Of a DNA stretch of 64,000 nt, positions 38,508 to 47,665 are shown one piece after another. A program made the translations under genes and the position numbers. This DNA is from Bacilli bacterium (GTDB lineage: Bacteria; Bacillota_I; Bacilli_A; RF39; UBA660), in contig JAFSEY010000007.1 of the NCBI GenBank assembly GCA_017435485.1, forward strand, positions 51,819-115,818, given 5' to 3'. The notes below the pieces were generated by a model. The model did not search any database, was not told the DNA's origin, and saw only the letters and a program-made list of their open reading frames with translations. Within the stretch, counting starts at the first letter, position 1. Each line of letters opens with the position of its first letter.

Positions 38508-40415
38508 TTAATTACCAAGCATCAACATAATAGTAGAGCCTTCCGGAGTAAAATAATTAGCTTGAGGACTTTGGTAAATTACACGACTTCCTTTTCCCGT
38601 ATACTCTATTTTAAAACCTTTTAAAAGTTTTTCAGCTTCTTCTAAATCTTTACCAACTACATTAGGTACAACAACATATTTAGTATCTAACCAATTATAT
38701 TCTTTAGGCATTCCTTTACTACTTGGCTTTATATCTAATATTTCAATCGCGGATTGCATGATATTTTTTGCTATTGGAGCTGAAACTGTTCCACCATATT
38801 GGCTTACTCCTTTAGGATTGTCAACAGCAACATAGACCACAATTTCTGGATCATCTGCAGGCAGGAAACCAATAAACGACAAAATATAGTTTCCAATCAT
38901 ATATTTTCCATTGCTAACTTTTTGAGCTGTTCCAGTTTTTCCTCCAACTCGGTAGTTTTCAATATAAGCATTTCTTCCAGTTCCATTTGCTACAACGCTT
39001 TCTAAGGCATATCTAACTAAATTACTAGTTTCTTTACTGATTACTTGCCTTATCTTTGCATTGCCAAATTCTTTAATTAAAGTATTGGTTTCCGATTCAT
39101 TTAACGCTTTAACAATTTTGGGTTGATATAAAATTCCGCCATTAATTACTGCTGATACAGCTGTGACTTGTTGAATCGGAGTTACACTGATTCCTTGCCC
39201 AAAAGATGTTGTAGCGTGTTCAACTGGTCCCATTTTTTCCAACTTAAACATTATTCCACTACTTTCCCCATTTAAATCAATATTAGTTTTTTTGCCAAAT
39301 CCAAAATTAGCTATATATTCCATTAGTTTTTCTTTTCCGACTTTTTGGCCCATAACAACAAATCCGGGGTTACAAGAGTTTTCCGTAACTTGTAAAAAAG
39401 TTTGAGTTCCATGCCCACCATGTTTCCAGCAGTGTAACGTTGCCCCTTCTACACCGATTGCTCCAGTATCAGTATACATATCAGAAAAAATATCAATCAC
39501 TTTTTCTTCAATAGCGGAAGCAAGAGTAATTATTTTAAAGGTACTTCCTGGCTCATAAGTCATCCATATCGGTAAATTACGATTAATGACTTCAGTTGTA
39601 TAATCTTGATAATTATTACTATCAAAATTAGGACGACTACTCATTGCTAAAACTTCGCCAGTATCTGGATCCATGACAATAGCTAAGGCGTGTTCAGCGT
39701 TATACTTACTAATAACGTTATCCAATTCATTTTCGACAGCCAATTGCAAATCTAAATCAATAGTAGTTTGGATTGTTATTCCACTCGTAGGTGCTTCATA
39801 TACTTCACTTAATTCTAAGCGGTTACCCTTTCCATCAGAAAAATATTTAATGGCTCCATCTTCACCAGTTAAATAATCATCATAATACAATTCTAAACCA
39901 GACAAACCTTGATTATCGATTCCAACATAACCTAATACATGAGATAAAGCCGAAGCATAAGGATAATATCGTTTACTTTCTTTTACTAAATAAACGCCAT
40001 CGTAATTTAAATTATTAATTTTTTCAGCCGTTTCATAAGATAGTCTTCTTCCTTCTGGATGCACTCTTTCTATACTAGTTTTTTTACTCACATGACTAAA
40101 CATTTCTTCATAAGTTACTCCTAAAATCTCAGCTAAATCCTTACTTACTGCTTTTTTATCAGCAATTTGATTAGGTATTAAAACTAATGAAGTCGTCGTA
40201 ATATTAGTAGCTAGTTCTTTCCCGTTTCGATCGACAATAAGTCCCCTATCAGCCGCAATAGGTAGTTTTCTACTCCACAATGAATCCGCTAAGGTAGATA
40301 ATTTATCATACTGAAATACTTGAATTACAAATACTCTTACGATAACAATTAAGATTAAACAAATAACTACTAAAAAGACATATCTTATTCTTGTATGTAT
40401 GTCATTAAAAAACAT
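38508..40415 (-). CDS. spoVD: Class B PBP with a C-terminal PASTA domain (SpoVD/PBP2B-like)
   Basis: TM anchor, dimerisation domain, STFK / SCN / KTGTA motifs, and a C-terminal PASTA domain (VVPNVVGKDLEEAEKLL...). Confidence 0.75.
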   Translation of the reverse strand: MFFNDIHTRIRYVFLVVICLILIVIVRVFVIQVFQYDKLSTLADSLWSRKLPIAADRGLIVDRNGKELATNITTTSLVLIPNQIADKKAVSKDLAEILGVTYEEMFSHVSKKTSIERVHPEGRRLSYETAEKINNLNYDGVYLVKESKRYYPYASALSHVLGYVGIDNQGLSGLELYYDDYLTGEDGAIKYFSDGKGNRLELSEVYEAPTSGITIQTTIDLDLQLAVENELDNVISKYNAEHALAIVMDPDTGEVLAMSSRPNFDSNNYQDYTTEVINRNLPIWMTYEPGSTFKIITLASAIEEKVIDIFSDMYTDTGAIGVEGATLHCWKHGGHGTQTFLQVTENSCNPGFVVMGQKVGKEKLMEYIANFGFGKKTNIDLNGESSGIMFKLEKMGPVEHATTSFGQGISVTPIQQVTAVSAVINGGILYQPKIVKALNESETNTLIKEFGNAKIRQVISKETSNLVRYALESVVANGTGRNAYIENYRVGGKTGTAQKVSNGKYMIGNYILSFIGFLPADDPEIVVYVAVDNPKGVSQYGGTVSAPIAKNIMQSAIEILDIKPSSKGMPKEYNWLDTKYVVVPNVVGKDLEEAEKLLKGFKIEYTGKGSRVIYQSPQANYFTPEGSTIMLMLGN

Positions 40416-40603
40416 ATAATCACCTAAGTAATTATATGTTAAAAGTTTATTTTTTATCTATTTACCTTAAAACTCTTCTTCTGTTTTTTTATAGACTTCA
40501 TCTTTTTATTTTTTGATAAACAAAACATTATACAATCTATCCGATTTAGATGTTTATGTACAGTGCCATTAAAATAACAACTATTTCCTGCATTAAACTA
40601 ATC

Positions 40604-41587
40604 TTAATTTAAATATTTTGTTCCAAATTTAAGTTTTGATAATTCACTAAAATCTAAAGAATAGTTACTCACATTTTTAAATAATAGTCCATTATAAAAA
40701 TTATCAGATTCATATTTTACAGAACCAGCAACCGTTGAATCATACCAGTAATAACCATCATCTAACTTAACAAAATTCCATGCATGAGGTCCACTAGTAT
40801 CTCCTAATGCTATTAACGATTCAATCCCCATCCTTTGAAATAAAAGCTGACTAGCAGCTGCAAATCCTGCACAAACACTATCATCTTTCAATAATGCACT
40901 CCAAGCAGTTCCACTTTTATTAGTGGCTAGTAAACTATAGTGAGTAGTTTTACCCAACCATGTATATACACTCTTTACTTTATCATAATCGGTTAAACCT
41001 TCAAAATCTTTTGCTAAGGAATCAATTTTTCTTTGCAACCTTTTTCCAACAAAGAATAATTGTAATTTATTAGTAGTTACATAGTTGTGTTTAATTAAAA
41101 GAACGTCATCACCATCTGTCCAAGAATATCTTGAACTACGATACCAAAAAAAATCAGGATGTTCCATAAGTATAACATCAATTACCTTTATAAAATCATC
41201 AGTACAACTATTAAAGGTTGGGTACCCATAATTTCTACAATCTAACTGTCTTTCAACAATCAAATTTTTTATATCATTAAATGTATCTAAGTAAATCTTT
41301 TTTGCTTGTTCATTTAACAATGATTCATAATATCTACCATCACTATAATATAAATCTGTTGCGTAATGAATAGAATTTTTATCAATATTTTCATTAATTT
41401 TTACAGGTCTAAAATATAAAATATACATATATATAATTAATAGAATTATAATAATACTTACCAAAAAAAATTTAATAATAACTTTTTTTAAATTATTATA
41501 TATATTATCCTCTTGTTCACACACATATATAGTATTTAAAACCTCATTATCTTTATCATTCATACCACGATAACCTACTTCTAACAA
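40604..41587 (-). CDS. Membrane-anchored transglutaminase-like cysteine protease superfamily protein
   Basis: TM (FFLVSIIIILLIIYMYILYF), then a TGc core with the Cys (SVCAGFAAASQLLF), His (GPHAWNFV) and Asp (YWYDST) residues. Confidence 0.5.
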   Translation of the reverse strand: MLEVGYRGMNDKDNEVLNTIYVCEQEDNIYNNLKKVIIKFFLVSIIIILLIIYMYILYFRPVKINENIDKNSIHYATDLYYSDGRYYESLLNEQAKKIYLDTFNDIKNLIVERQLDCRNYGYPTFNSCTDDFIKVIDVILMEHPDFFWYRSSRYSWTDGDDVLLIKHNYVTTNKLQLFFVGKRLQRKIDSLAKDFEGLTDYDKVKSVYTWLGKTTHYSLLATNKSGTAWSALLKDDSVCAGFAAASQLLFQRMGIESLIALGDTSGPHAWNFVKLDDGYYWYDSTVAGSVKYESDNFYNGLLFKNVSNYSLDFSELSKLKFGTKYLN

Positions 41588-41741
41588 GAGTATACAATAA
41601 TATATTTTTATTTACAATAAAAAGGAAAAATCTAGATTAATATTAAAAGTAAAAGTTATCATTAGAAAAAAAATTAACTATTTTACCATACACTTATCGA
41701 AATATATTTAAAAATATTTAATAGATAGATTCAGTCAAATA

Positions 41742-41822
41742 TTATATTCTTATTATGACAATTAAAATCAAAACTACTAAAAAGATATAAATTATTATCG
41801 TATATACGTCATAAAAAAACAT
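41742..41822 (-). pseudogene. Truncated duplicate of the 5' end of the spoVD/PBP gene, with its leader
   Basis: Reverse strand encodes MFFYDVYTIIIYIFLVVLILIVIIRI*, matching the PBP N-terminus MFFNDIHTRIRYVFLVVICLILIVIVRV. The flanking ~95 bp (41753-41846) is ~80% identical to 40343-40440, including the SD region. Confidence 0.55.
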
Positions 41823-41854
41823 ATAATCACTAAATAATTATATGTTTTTTTGCC

Positions 41855-43468
41855 CTATTTTCTAATTTCTTCTTTTTCACATATACTAGCAAAATCATTT
41901 AAAACTAATCTAAAGGTATTGATTATATCTGTACTGAACTTTTTATTTTCTAAAGCAATTATATTAGCAGCAATAGCTGAATAATTAGTTTCTTTTTCAT
42001 CTACTATATAATTAGCATATATAATTGCTAATGATACAATAGAAACATATAATGGAATATCTTTTCCACTTATTCTTTTTGGATAACCAGTACCATCATA
42101 ATTTTCATGATGAGATAAGCAAATATTGTAAGCATAATCATTTAAAATCTGATCTTTATTATAAAATAACCTTTTTATTAATAAAGCACCATTAGAAGAA
42201 TAATCACTTAATCTTTTTTCTTCATCTATAGAAATATTTTCATTATTGAGAACTTTATTAGGAACTATTAATTTACCAATATCATAATATTTAGAAGCAA
42301 TACAAAGTTTATTTATTAATGGTAATGTTAATCCACAATTAGGATTAGTTTCTAAATATTTCAAAGCAAACACTTCGGTAAGTTTACTCACCAAATTAAT
42401 TTTCTCTTCATTATCCTTTAAATAAACATTTTCTAATTTTTCTAAAATACTATTAACTTCTTTATCCTTATTAATAATTAGACTAGTTAAAGAATTACTA
42501 TTCATATATAATTTAATAAAATTATTTATTCTAAGTCTTATAATTTCTAAATTGAATGGTTTTTCTAACATATCAGCTATATTATAATTATAAACTCTTT
42601 GTCTCGTTTCTTTATCTTCAGCTGCGCTTATAATAATGACCGGTAACTTATTTAATAAATTTTTATCCTTTAAATATTCTAATACAGCAAAACCATCTAA
42701 TACAGGCATCGCAATATCTAAAAATATTCCCACATAATTTAAAATATTTTCGCTAGAATTATAGTTACTTTCTAATAAATCAATTGCTTCCTTTCCGTTA
42801 CTAGCAGTAACAATATTAAAATCTTTTTCAAAAGCTTTTTTTAAAATATTTCTAGTAATTGTATCATCATCAACTATAAGTAACGAATTTTTGGTTTTGT
42901 TTGTCTCAGCAATAATATTCATTTCTAATTTTTTATTTAAACTTGGATAATTTCTAGTTAATTCTTCTAATAATGATTTTATATAATTAAATCCAGGATT
43001 TTCTTCTTTAGCAATATCAATTGTATTATATATTTTTAAAATACTTTCTGAAAAATCTTTAACCATTTTTTGAATTTCTTCATCATTTACTTCTTTGTTT
43101 TTACTAAACGCATTTACTTGTGAAGTCATTATTATAATTAATTGATTATTATCATAGTTAACTTTTTTTGCAATCATAATATAATTATCGTATAAATAAC
43201 TTTCTTTTTTTTGAAAAGAAAAAGTTATTTCGTTCTCAAAATTACCAGATATAATTTTAATATAATTTTCTATATCCGATGAATTTATATAAGTTTTTTC
43301 TGATTCTACAAAATCTAAAAATGATCTGGTTTCTTTAAATTTAACATAGTTGTTTTCAAAATTATATGTATTAACTATATCTTTTCTTAAATCAACAACA
43401 TAAACATTAGAAAATGTTTTTAATAATGCTTCTCCAACAACATTTAGATATTCACTTCCAGGCATCAT
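41855..43468 (-). CDS. Response regulator: unknown N-terminal domain + REC + degenerate HD-GYP domain
   Basis: REC with the Asp acceptor (IFLDIAMPVLDG), S/T (IIISA) and Lys (LEKPF). C-terminal HHENYDGTGYP (GYP motif), but the HD dyad reads YD (ASKYYDIGK) and the upstream metal-binding His is absent. Confidence 0.7.
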   Translation of the reverse strand: MMPGSEYLNVVGEALLKTFSNVYVVDLRKDIVNTYNFENNYVKFKETRSFLDFVESEKTYINSSDIENYIKIISGNFENEITFSFQKKESYLYDNYIMIAKKVNYDNNQLIIIMTSQVNAFSKNKEVNDEEIQKMVKDFSESILKIYNTIDIAKEENPGFNYIKSLLEELTRNYPSLNKKLEMNIIAETNKTKNSLLIVDDDTITRNILKKAFEKDFNIVTASNGKEAIDLLESNYNSSENILNYVGIFLDIAMPVLDGFAVLEYLKDKNLLNKLPVIIISAAEDKETRQRVYNYNIADMLEKPFNLEIIRLRINNFIKLYMNSNSLTSLIINKDKEVNSILEKLENVYLKDNEEKINLVSKLTEVFALKYLETNPNCGLTLPLINKLCIASKYYDIGKLIVPNKVLNNENISIDEEKRLSDYSSNGALLIKRLFYNKDQILNDYAYNICLSHHENYDGTGYPKRISGKDIPLYVSIVSLAIIYANYIVDEKETNYSAIAANIIALENKKFSTDIINTFRLVLNDFASICEKEEIRK

Positions 43469-43480
43469 GACACCACCTTT

Positions 43481-43840
43481 TTACAAATTTTTATAATTTC
43501 CAATTAAAGTTTTAACTTCAACTACAATATTTTCTAAGCTTTTAATATTTTCATTCACAAAAGCTACATTTCCAGCCTTACTAGCTAATTCGTGTTCATA
43601 AGCTGCATCAGCTAATTTAGTAAGTCCCAAAGTTCTAGCATTGCTTTTTAAAGCATGAACTAAAATTGCATAGTTTGACAAATCATTTATACTATTTTTT
43701 AATGTGTTAAATTGTTCATCTAAACCTTCATAAAACTCTAAAAGAATTTCATGATACATCTGCAAATCTCCAGTATAATTAATTACTGTATTTAAATCTA
43801 TTCCGGCAGTAACTAAGTAATTTTTTTGATTCTCACTCAT
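43481..43840 (-). CDS. Histidine phosphotransfer (Hpt) protein
   Basis: 119 aa, four-helix-bundle pattern with HALKSNARTLGL (HxxKGxxxxxG). Confidence 0.65.
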   Translation of the reverse strand: MSENQKNYLVTAGIDLNTVINYTGDLQMYHEILLEFYEGLDEQFNTLKNSINDLSNYAILVHALKSNARTLGLTKLADAAYEHELASKAGNVAFVNENIKSLENIVVEVKTLIGNYKNL

Positions 43841-43879
43841 TTTAAACTTCCCTTCTATTATTTATTTTAACATAATAAA

Positions 43880-45724
43880 TTAATTTTTAAAATGTTTCTC
43901 TAATAATTTATTTAAATCACTAATATTAATAGGTTTTGATAAATATTCATCAAACCCTTCTTTAAGATACATTTCCCTCATCCCCGTAATAGCATTTGCA
44001 GTTAAAGCAACTATAGGAGGAATATTATAGGATTTTAAACTTTTTAAAATATGTAATACCTCTATACCATCCATGCCTGGCATCATATGATCCAAGAAAA
44101 TCAGATCAAACACTTCTCCAGATTTTATAAGATCAACACAAGCCTTACCATTATTCAAAGTAGTAATTTGAAATTTATAATTATCCAATATTCTCTTAGC
44201 GACTTTTAAATTAAGTTCATTATCATCAACTAATAAAATTTTATATTTAGAACAATCAAAATATTTATCTACAAACTCAGTCGTTTTATATTCAGTATTA
44301 AATAAATCTCCCATAGGACTTCTATCTATAATTTTTTGACTTAAATCGATATAAAAATCTGTTCCTGCTCCATATTTACTTTCAAACCAAACTTTTCCTT
44401 TAAGTAAATTTACTAGTTTTTTTGTTATTACTAAACCTAATCCAGTCCCTTCTATCTCATTTTGCATAGCAGATTCTAAACGACTAAATTTTTCAAATAA
44501 TTTATCATAATCCTCTGCTTTTATACCTAATCCAGTATCTGAAACACGAAAATGTAAATTAACCCAATCCTTTTCCACTTGACCAGTTATAGCTAATTCA
44601 ATTCGACCTACTTCTGTATATTTTACAGCATTACTTAGTATATTTAAAAGAATTTGAAATAACTTTGTTTTATCACCATAGAGCCTGCTAGGCAAAGAAT
44701 TATCAATATTAGTAATAAATTTCACTTTGCCACTTGATAGTCTTGCATCAATAATACTATGTAATTCTAAAATAATATTAGCTAAGCTATACTCCCTTTC
44801 ATCTAAAGTTTCTTCTCCATTTTCAATTTTAGAAATATCTAAAATATTATTAATTATTTCTAATAAATTTCCACCAGCTACATATATATGTTCAATATCT
44901 TTTCTAGCTGCTTCTTCATCAAATTCAGGTTCATTTATTAAAGATTCACTAAACCCTATAATTGCATTCATAGGAGTTTTAATTTCATGAGACATGTTTG
45001 ATAAAAAATCAGATTTTGCTCGATTAGATTCTTCTGCTTTTTTCTTAGCCTTTTCTAATTCATTAATTAAATATAAATCAGGATTTTCAACTGAAAAATA
45101 AATAAGATACAGTTTAAACGCCAAACTACTAGTCAAAATATATACTGTTGGAAAAACAAATGAAAGGGGAACTGATATTAGTGTTTCAATAATACTAATA
45201 ATAATTGGTAGCCTTCTATTAAAAGCAACGACAGTTTTATATTTAGAAACAAAATAAATAGCAACTAAAACTAATATAAGCCCTAAAATATAGACAAAAT
45301 ATAAAGCCTTACCAGACAAATAACCGGTACCATCTACAACTATATATTCTAATGGTAAGAAAAAGAAAATAATACTAACTACACCAAACAATATCCAAAA
45401 AGGACGATATTTATTTAATTTTGTTTCAGCATCTTTATTAGTATTAATAAAAGATAAAATATAACGGGCCATTATAGTCAACCAAGCTAATATCAATAAA
45501 CAATGTACTCGACATAAAATTTCATTGACAACGACCATTTTTAGATGATTTTTTATAGTAAATACCGTAACTATTTCGGAAACTAAAACAAATAATAAGC
45601 AAACTAATAAAGCACTAAAATATTTATTTTCATAATTAGTAATTTTTGTTTTATATTTATAAATCAATAATAATAGAATTGTAAAAATTAAACTTCCCAA
45701 GGAAAGTAAAATTGTTTGAATCAT
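43880..45724 (-). CDS. Hybrid sensor histidine kinase (multi-TM sensor + HisKA + HATPase_c + REC)
   Basis: ~6-7 N-terminal TM helices, H-box [18 protein letters not shown] boxes, and a C-terminal receiver (LLVDDNELN...[11 protein letters not shown]...SKP). Confidence 0.75.
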   Translation of the reverse strand: MIQTILLSLGSLIFTILLLLIYKYKTKITNYENKYFSALLVCLLFVLVSEIVTVFTIKNHLKMVVVNEILCRVHCLLILAWLTIMARYILSFINTNKDAETKLNKYRPFWILFGVVSIIFFFLPLEYIVVDGTGYLSGKALYFVYILGLILVLVAIYFVSKYKTVVAFNRRLPIIISIIETLISVPLSFVFPTVYILTSSLAFKLYLIYFSVENPDLYLINELEKAKKKAEESNRAKSDFLSNMSHEIKTPMNAIIGFSESLINEPEFDEEAARKDIEHIYVAGGNLLEIINNILDISKIENGEETLDEREYSLANIILELHSIIDARLSSGKVKFITNIDNSLPSRLYGDKTKLFQILLNILSNAVKYTEVGRIELAITGQVEKDWVNLHFRVSDTGLGIKAEDYDKLFEKFSRLESAMQNEIEGTGLGLVITKKLVNLLKGKVWFESKYGAGTDFYIDLSQKIIDRSPMGDLFNTEYKTTEFVDKYFDCSKYKILLVDDNELNLKVAKRILDNYKFQITTLNNGKACVDLIKSGEVFDLIFLDHMMPGMDGIEVLHILKSLKSYNIPPIVALTANAITGMREMYLKEGFDEYLSKPINISDLNKLLEKHFKN

Positions 45725-45737
45725 ATAAAATCACCTC

Positions 45738-47603
45738 CTACTTTTTAAAATAATAGTTAATTAAACTATTTAATTTTTTAGCATCAATTGGTTTAGATAA
45801 CCATCCATCAAAACCTTCTTTTAAATACATAGCTTTTAACTCAGTTACAACGTTAGCAGTTACAGCAATAATTGGAGGAATATCAAAACCTTTCATTTTT
45901 TTTATTATTCTAATAGTTTCGATTCCATTTAGATTAGGCATCATATGATCCAATAAAATTAGATCAAATTTTTCTTTTTTCTTTATTTTTTCAATACAAG
46001 CTGCACCATTATCAACTAAAGTAACATCAAAATTATAAGCACTTAACAAACGATGAGCCACTTTTAAATTTAGTTTATTATCATCAACAACTAATATTTT
46101 CTTTCCTGTCCCATCAACGCGAACATCATTTATTTTTAAATTTTCTTTTATCTTTAAAATATCTCCTATTTTTCGATAATCAACAATATGATTAGATAAT
46201 GTCACTCTAAAGATTGAACCTACTCCGTATTCACTTTTAAAATCTATTGTTCCTTTTAACATATCTACCAAACTTTTTGTAATATTAAGTCCTAGCCCTG
46301 TTCCAGAATCTAACTCACTATCTTCAGTAATTTTAGCAAACTTTGTAAATATTTTTTCAAAATCATCTTGTTTTATTCCAACACCCGTATCACTAATTAT
46401 AAATTCTAAGTTAGCAATATTATTATTTTGATGACAATTAATAGCTAATTTTATCTCTCCAGCTTTAGTATATTTAACACTATTATTTAATAAATTTAAT
46501 AATATCTTATAAATTTTCTGTTTATCGCCAACCATTTTAGTAGGAATATTTTGATCAACCTCTACAACAAAATTCACTTTATTCTTATTGATTCTTGCTT
46601 CAATATAACTAATTAATTCAAAAACAATATCTCCAATATAATATTCTTTTAAATCAATTTTTTCTTTACCAGATTCAATGCGAGAAACATCTAAAATGTT
46701 ACTAATAGTAGCAATTAAATTATTACCCGCTAAATAAATATTTCTGGCGTCAGCTTGAACAACTTCCCTAGATAAAAACTTTTCATTTAATAAAGATTCG
46801 CTAAATCCCATAATAGCATTCATCGGAGTTCTTATTTCATGAGACATTTTAGCTAAAAATTCTGTTTTTTCTTTGTCAGCTTCTTCTGCTTCTTTTTTAG
46901 CAATTTCCAATTCGCTAACCAATTTAGAATCTTGACTAGCTAAAGCAAAATACAATATTACAACGCCAAAACCAAAAGAAAAAGTTAATTCATTAATTTC
47001 TGTATATAAAATTTGAAATACTAACATAAAGAAATATACGTTCATAAATAAATAAATAGATAATTTCTTTAAAAAAGATGCTTTATTTTTCTTCCTAAAA
47101 AGCAAGTAAATCATATACCCTCCAACAAAAGCAAAAATAGCATACAAACTATAAACCCCAGGGCCTCCAATTACATATAATTCATTATTAATTCCTGAAG
47201 TATAAGTTATTTCAAAAAAGCAAGAAAATATAAAACAAACCAAACCAAACAACACAGAGAAAATGAAAAATGGTTCCTTAAATAGAAGTTTTGTATCCCT
47301 ATAATTATCACTATTTCCTGATATCCATATATATATAAGTAAAGAAATAAACCAAGTAACTGCTCCTAAAATGTATAAACGACATAAAATTTCATTTAAT
47401 AAAGGAATTTTCTCTCTAATACTCATTGTAAAGACACAATATAATTCCAATATAAATAAACCAATTGTTAAAACAAGCAAAAAACGATATAATGAATTTT
47501 CTACATCATTATATTTTTTCTTTGTTAAATAAACAATAGCTATTATTAGTGTAAAAACTAATCCTGATATTGTAAGTCCTATACTAGCAAACACATTAAC
47601 CAC
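45738..47603 (-). CDS. Hybrid sensor histidine kinase, paralog of the adjacent one
   Basis: Same architecture: 7 TM, SHEIRTPMNAIMGFSE, HATPase, receiver (VLVVDDNKLN...LLDHMMPNLNG...SKP). Confidence 0.75.
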   Translation of the reverse strand: MVNVFASIGLTISGLVFTLIIAIVYLTKKKYNDVENSLYRFLLVLTIGLFILELYCVFTMSIREKIPLLNEILCRLYILGAVTWFISLLIYIWISGNSDNYRDTKLLFKEPFFIFSVLFGLVCFIFSCFFEITYTSGINNELYVIGGPGVYSLYAIFAFVGGYMIYLLFRKKNKASFLKKLSIYLFMNVYFFMLVFQILYTEINELTFSFGFGVVILYFALASQDSKLVSELEIAKKEAEEADKEKTEFLAKMSHEIRTPMNAIMGFSESLLNEKFLSREVVQADARNIYLAGNNLIATISNILDVSRIESGKEKIDLKEYYIGDIVFELISYIEARINKNKVNFVVEVDQNIPTKMVGDKQKIYKILLNLLNNSVKYTKAGEIKLAINCHQNNNIANLEFIISDTGVGIKQDDFEKIFTKFAKITEDSELDSGTGLGLNITKSLVDMLKGTIDFKSEYGVGSIFRVTLSNHIVDYRKIGDILKIKENLKINDVRVDGTGKKILVVDDNKLNLKVAHRLLSAYNFDVTLVDNGAACIEKIKKKEKFDLILLDHMMPNLNGIETIRIIKKMKGFDIPPIIAVTANVVTELKAMYLKEGFDGWLSKPIDAKKLNSLINYYFKK

Positions 47604-47665
47604 ATCTTTTCTATCTTATACTTTTATTTTATCTTATCTGTATTTTTATTACAAGAAAAAAGCAC

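Noticed and set aside
41855-47603. Whether the HK-Hpt-RR set is a Detocs-type antiphage two-component system
   Set aside because: Detocs sensors are cytoplasmic TPR-HK-REC proteins and the regulator carries a nucleotide-degrading effector (often PNP). Here both kinases have 7-TM membrane sensors, and the regulator output is an HD-GYP-type signalling domain, so a conventional (if unusual) signalling phosphorelay fits better. The PNP fusion at 13567-14541 has a DUF1292 N-terminus, not a receiver domain, and looks housekeeping-like.
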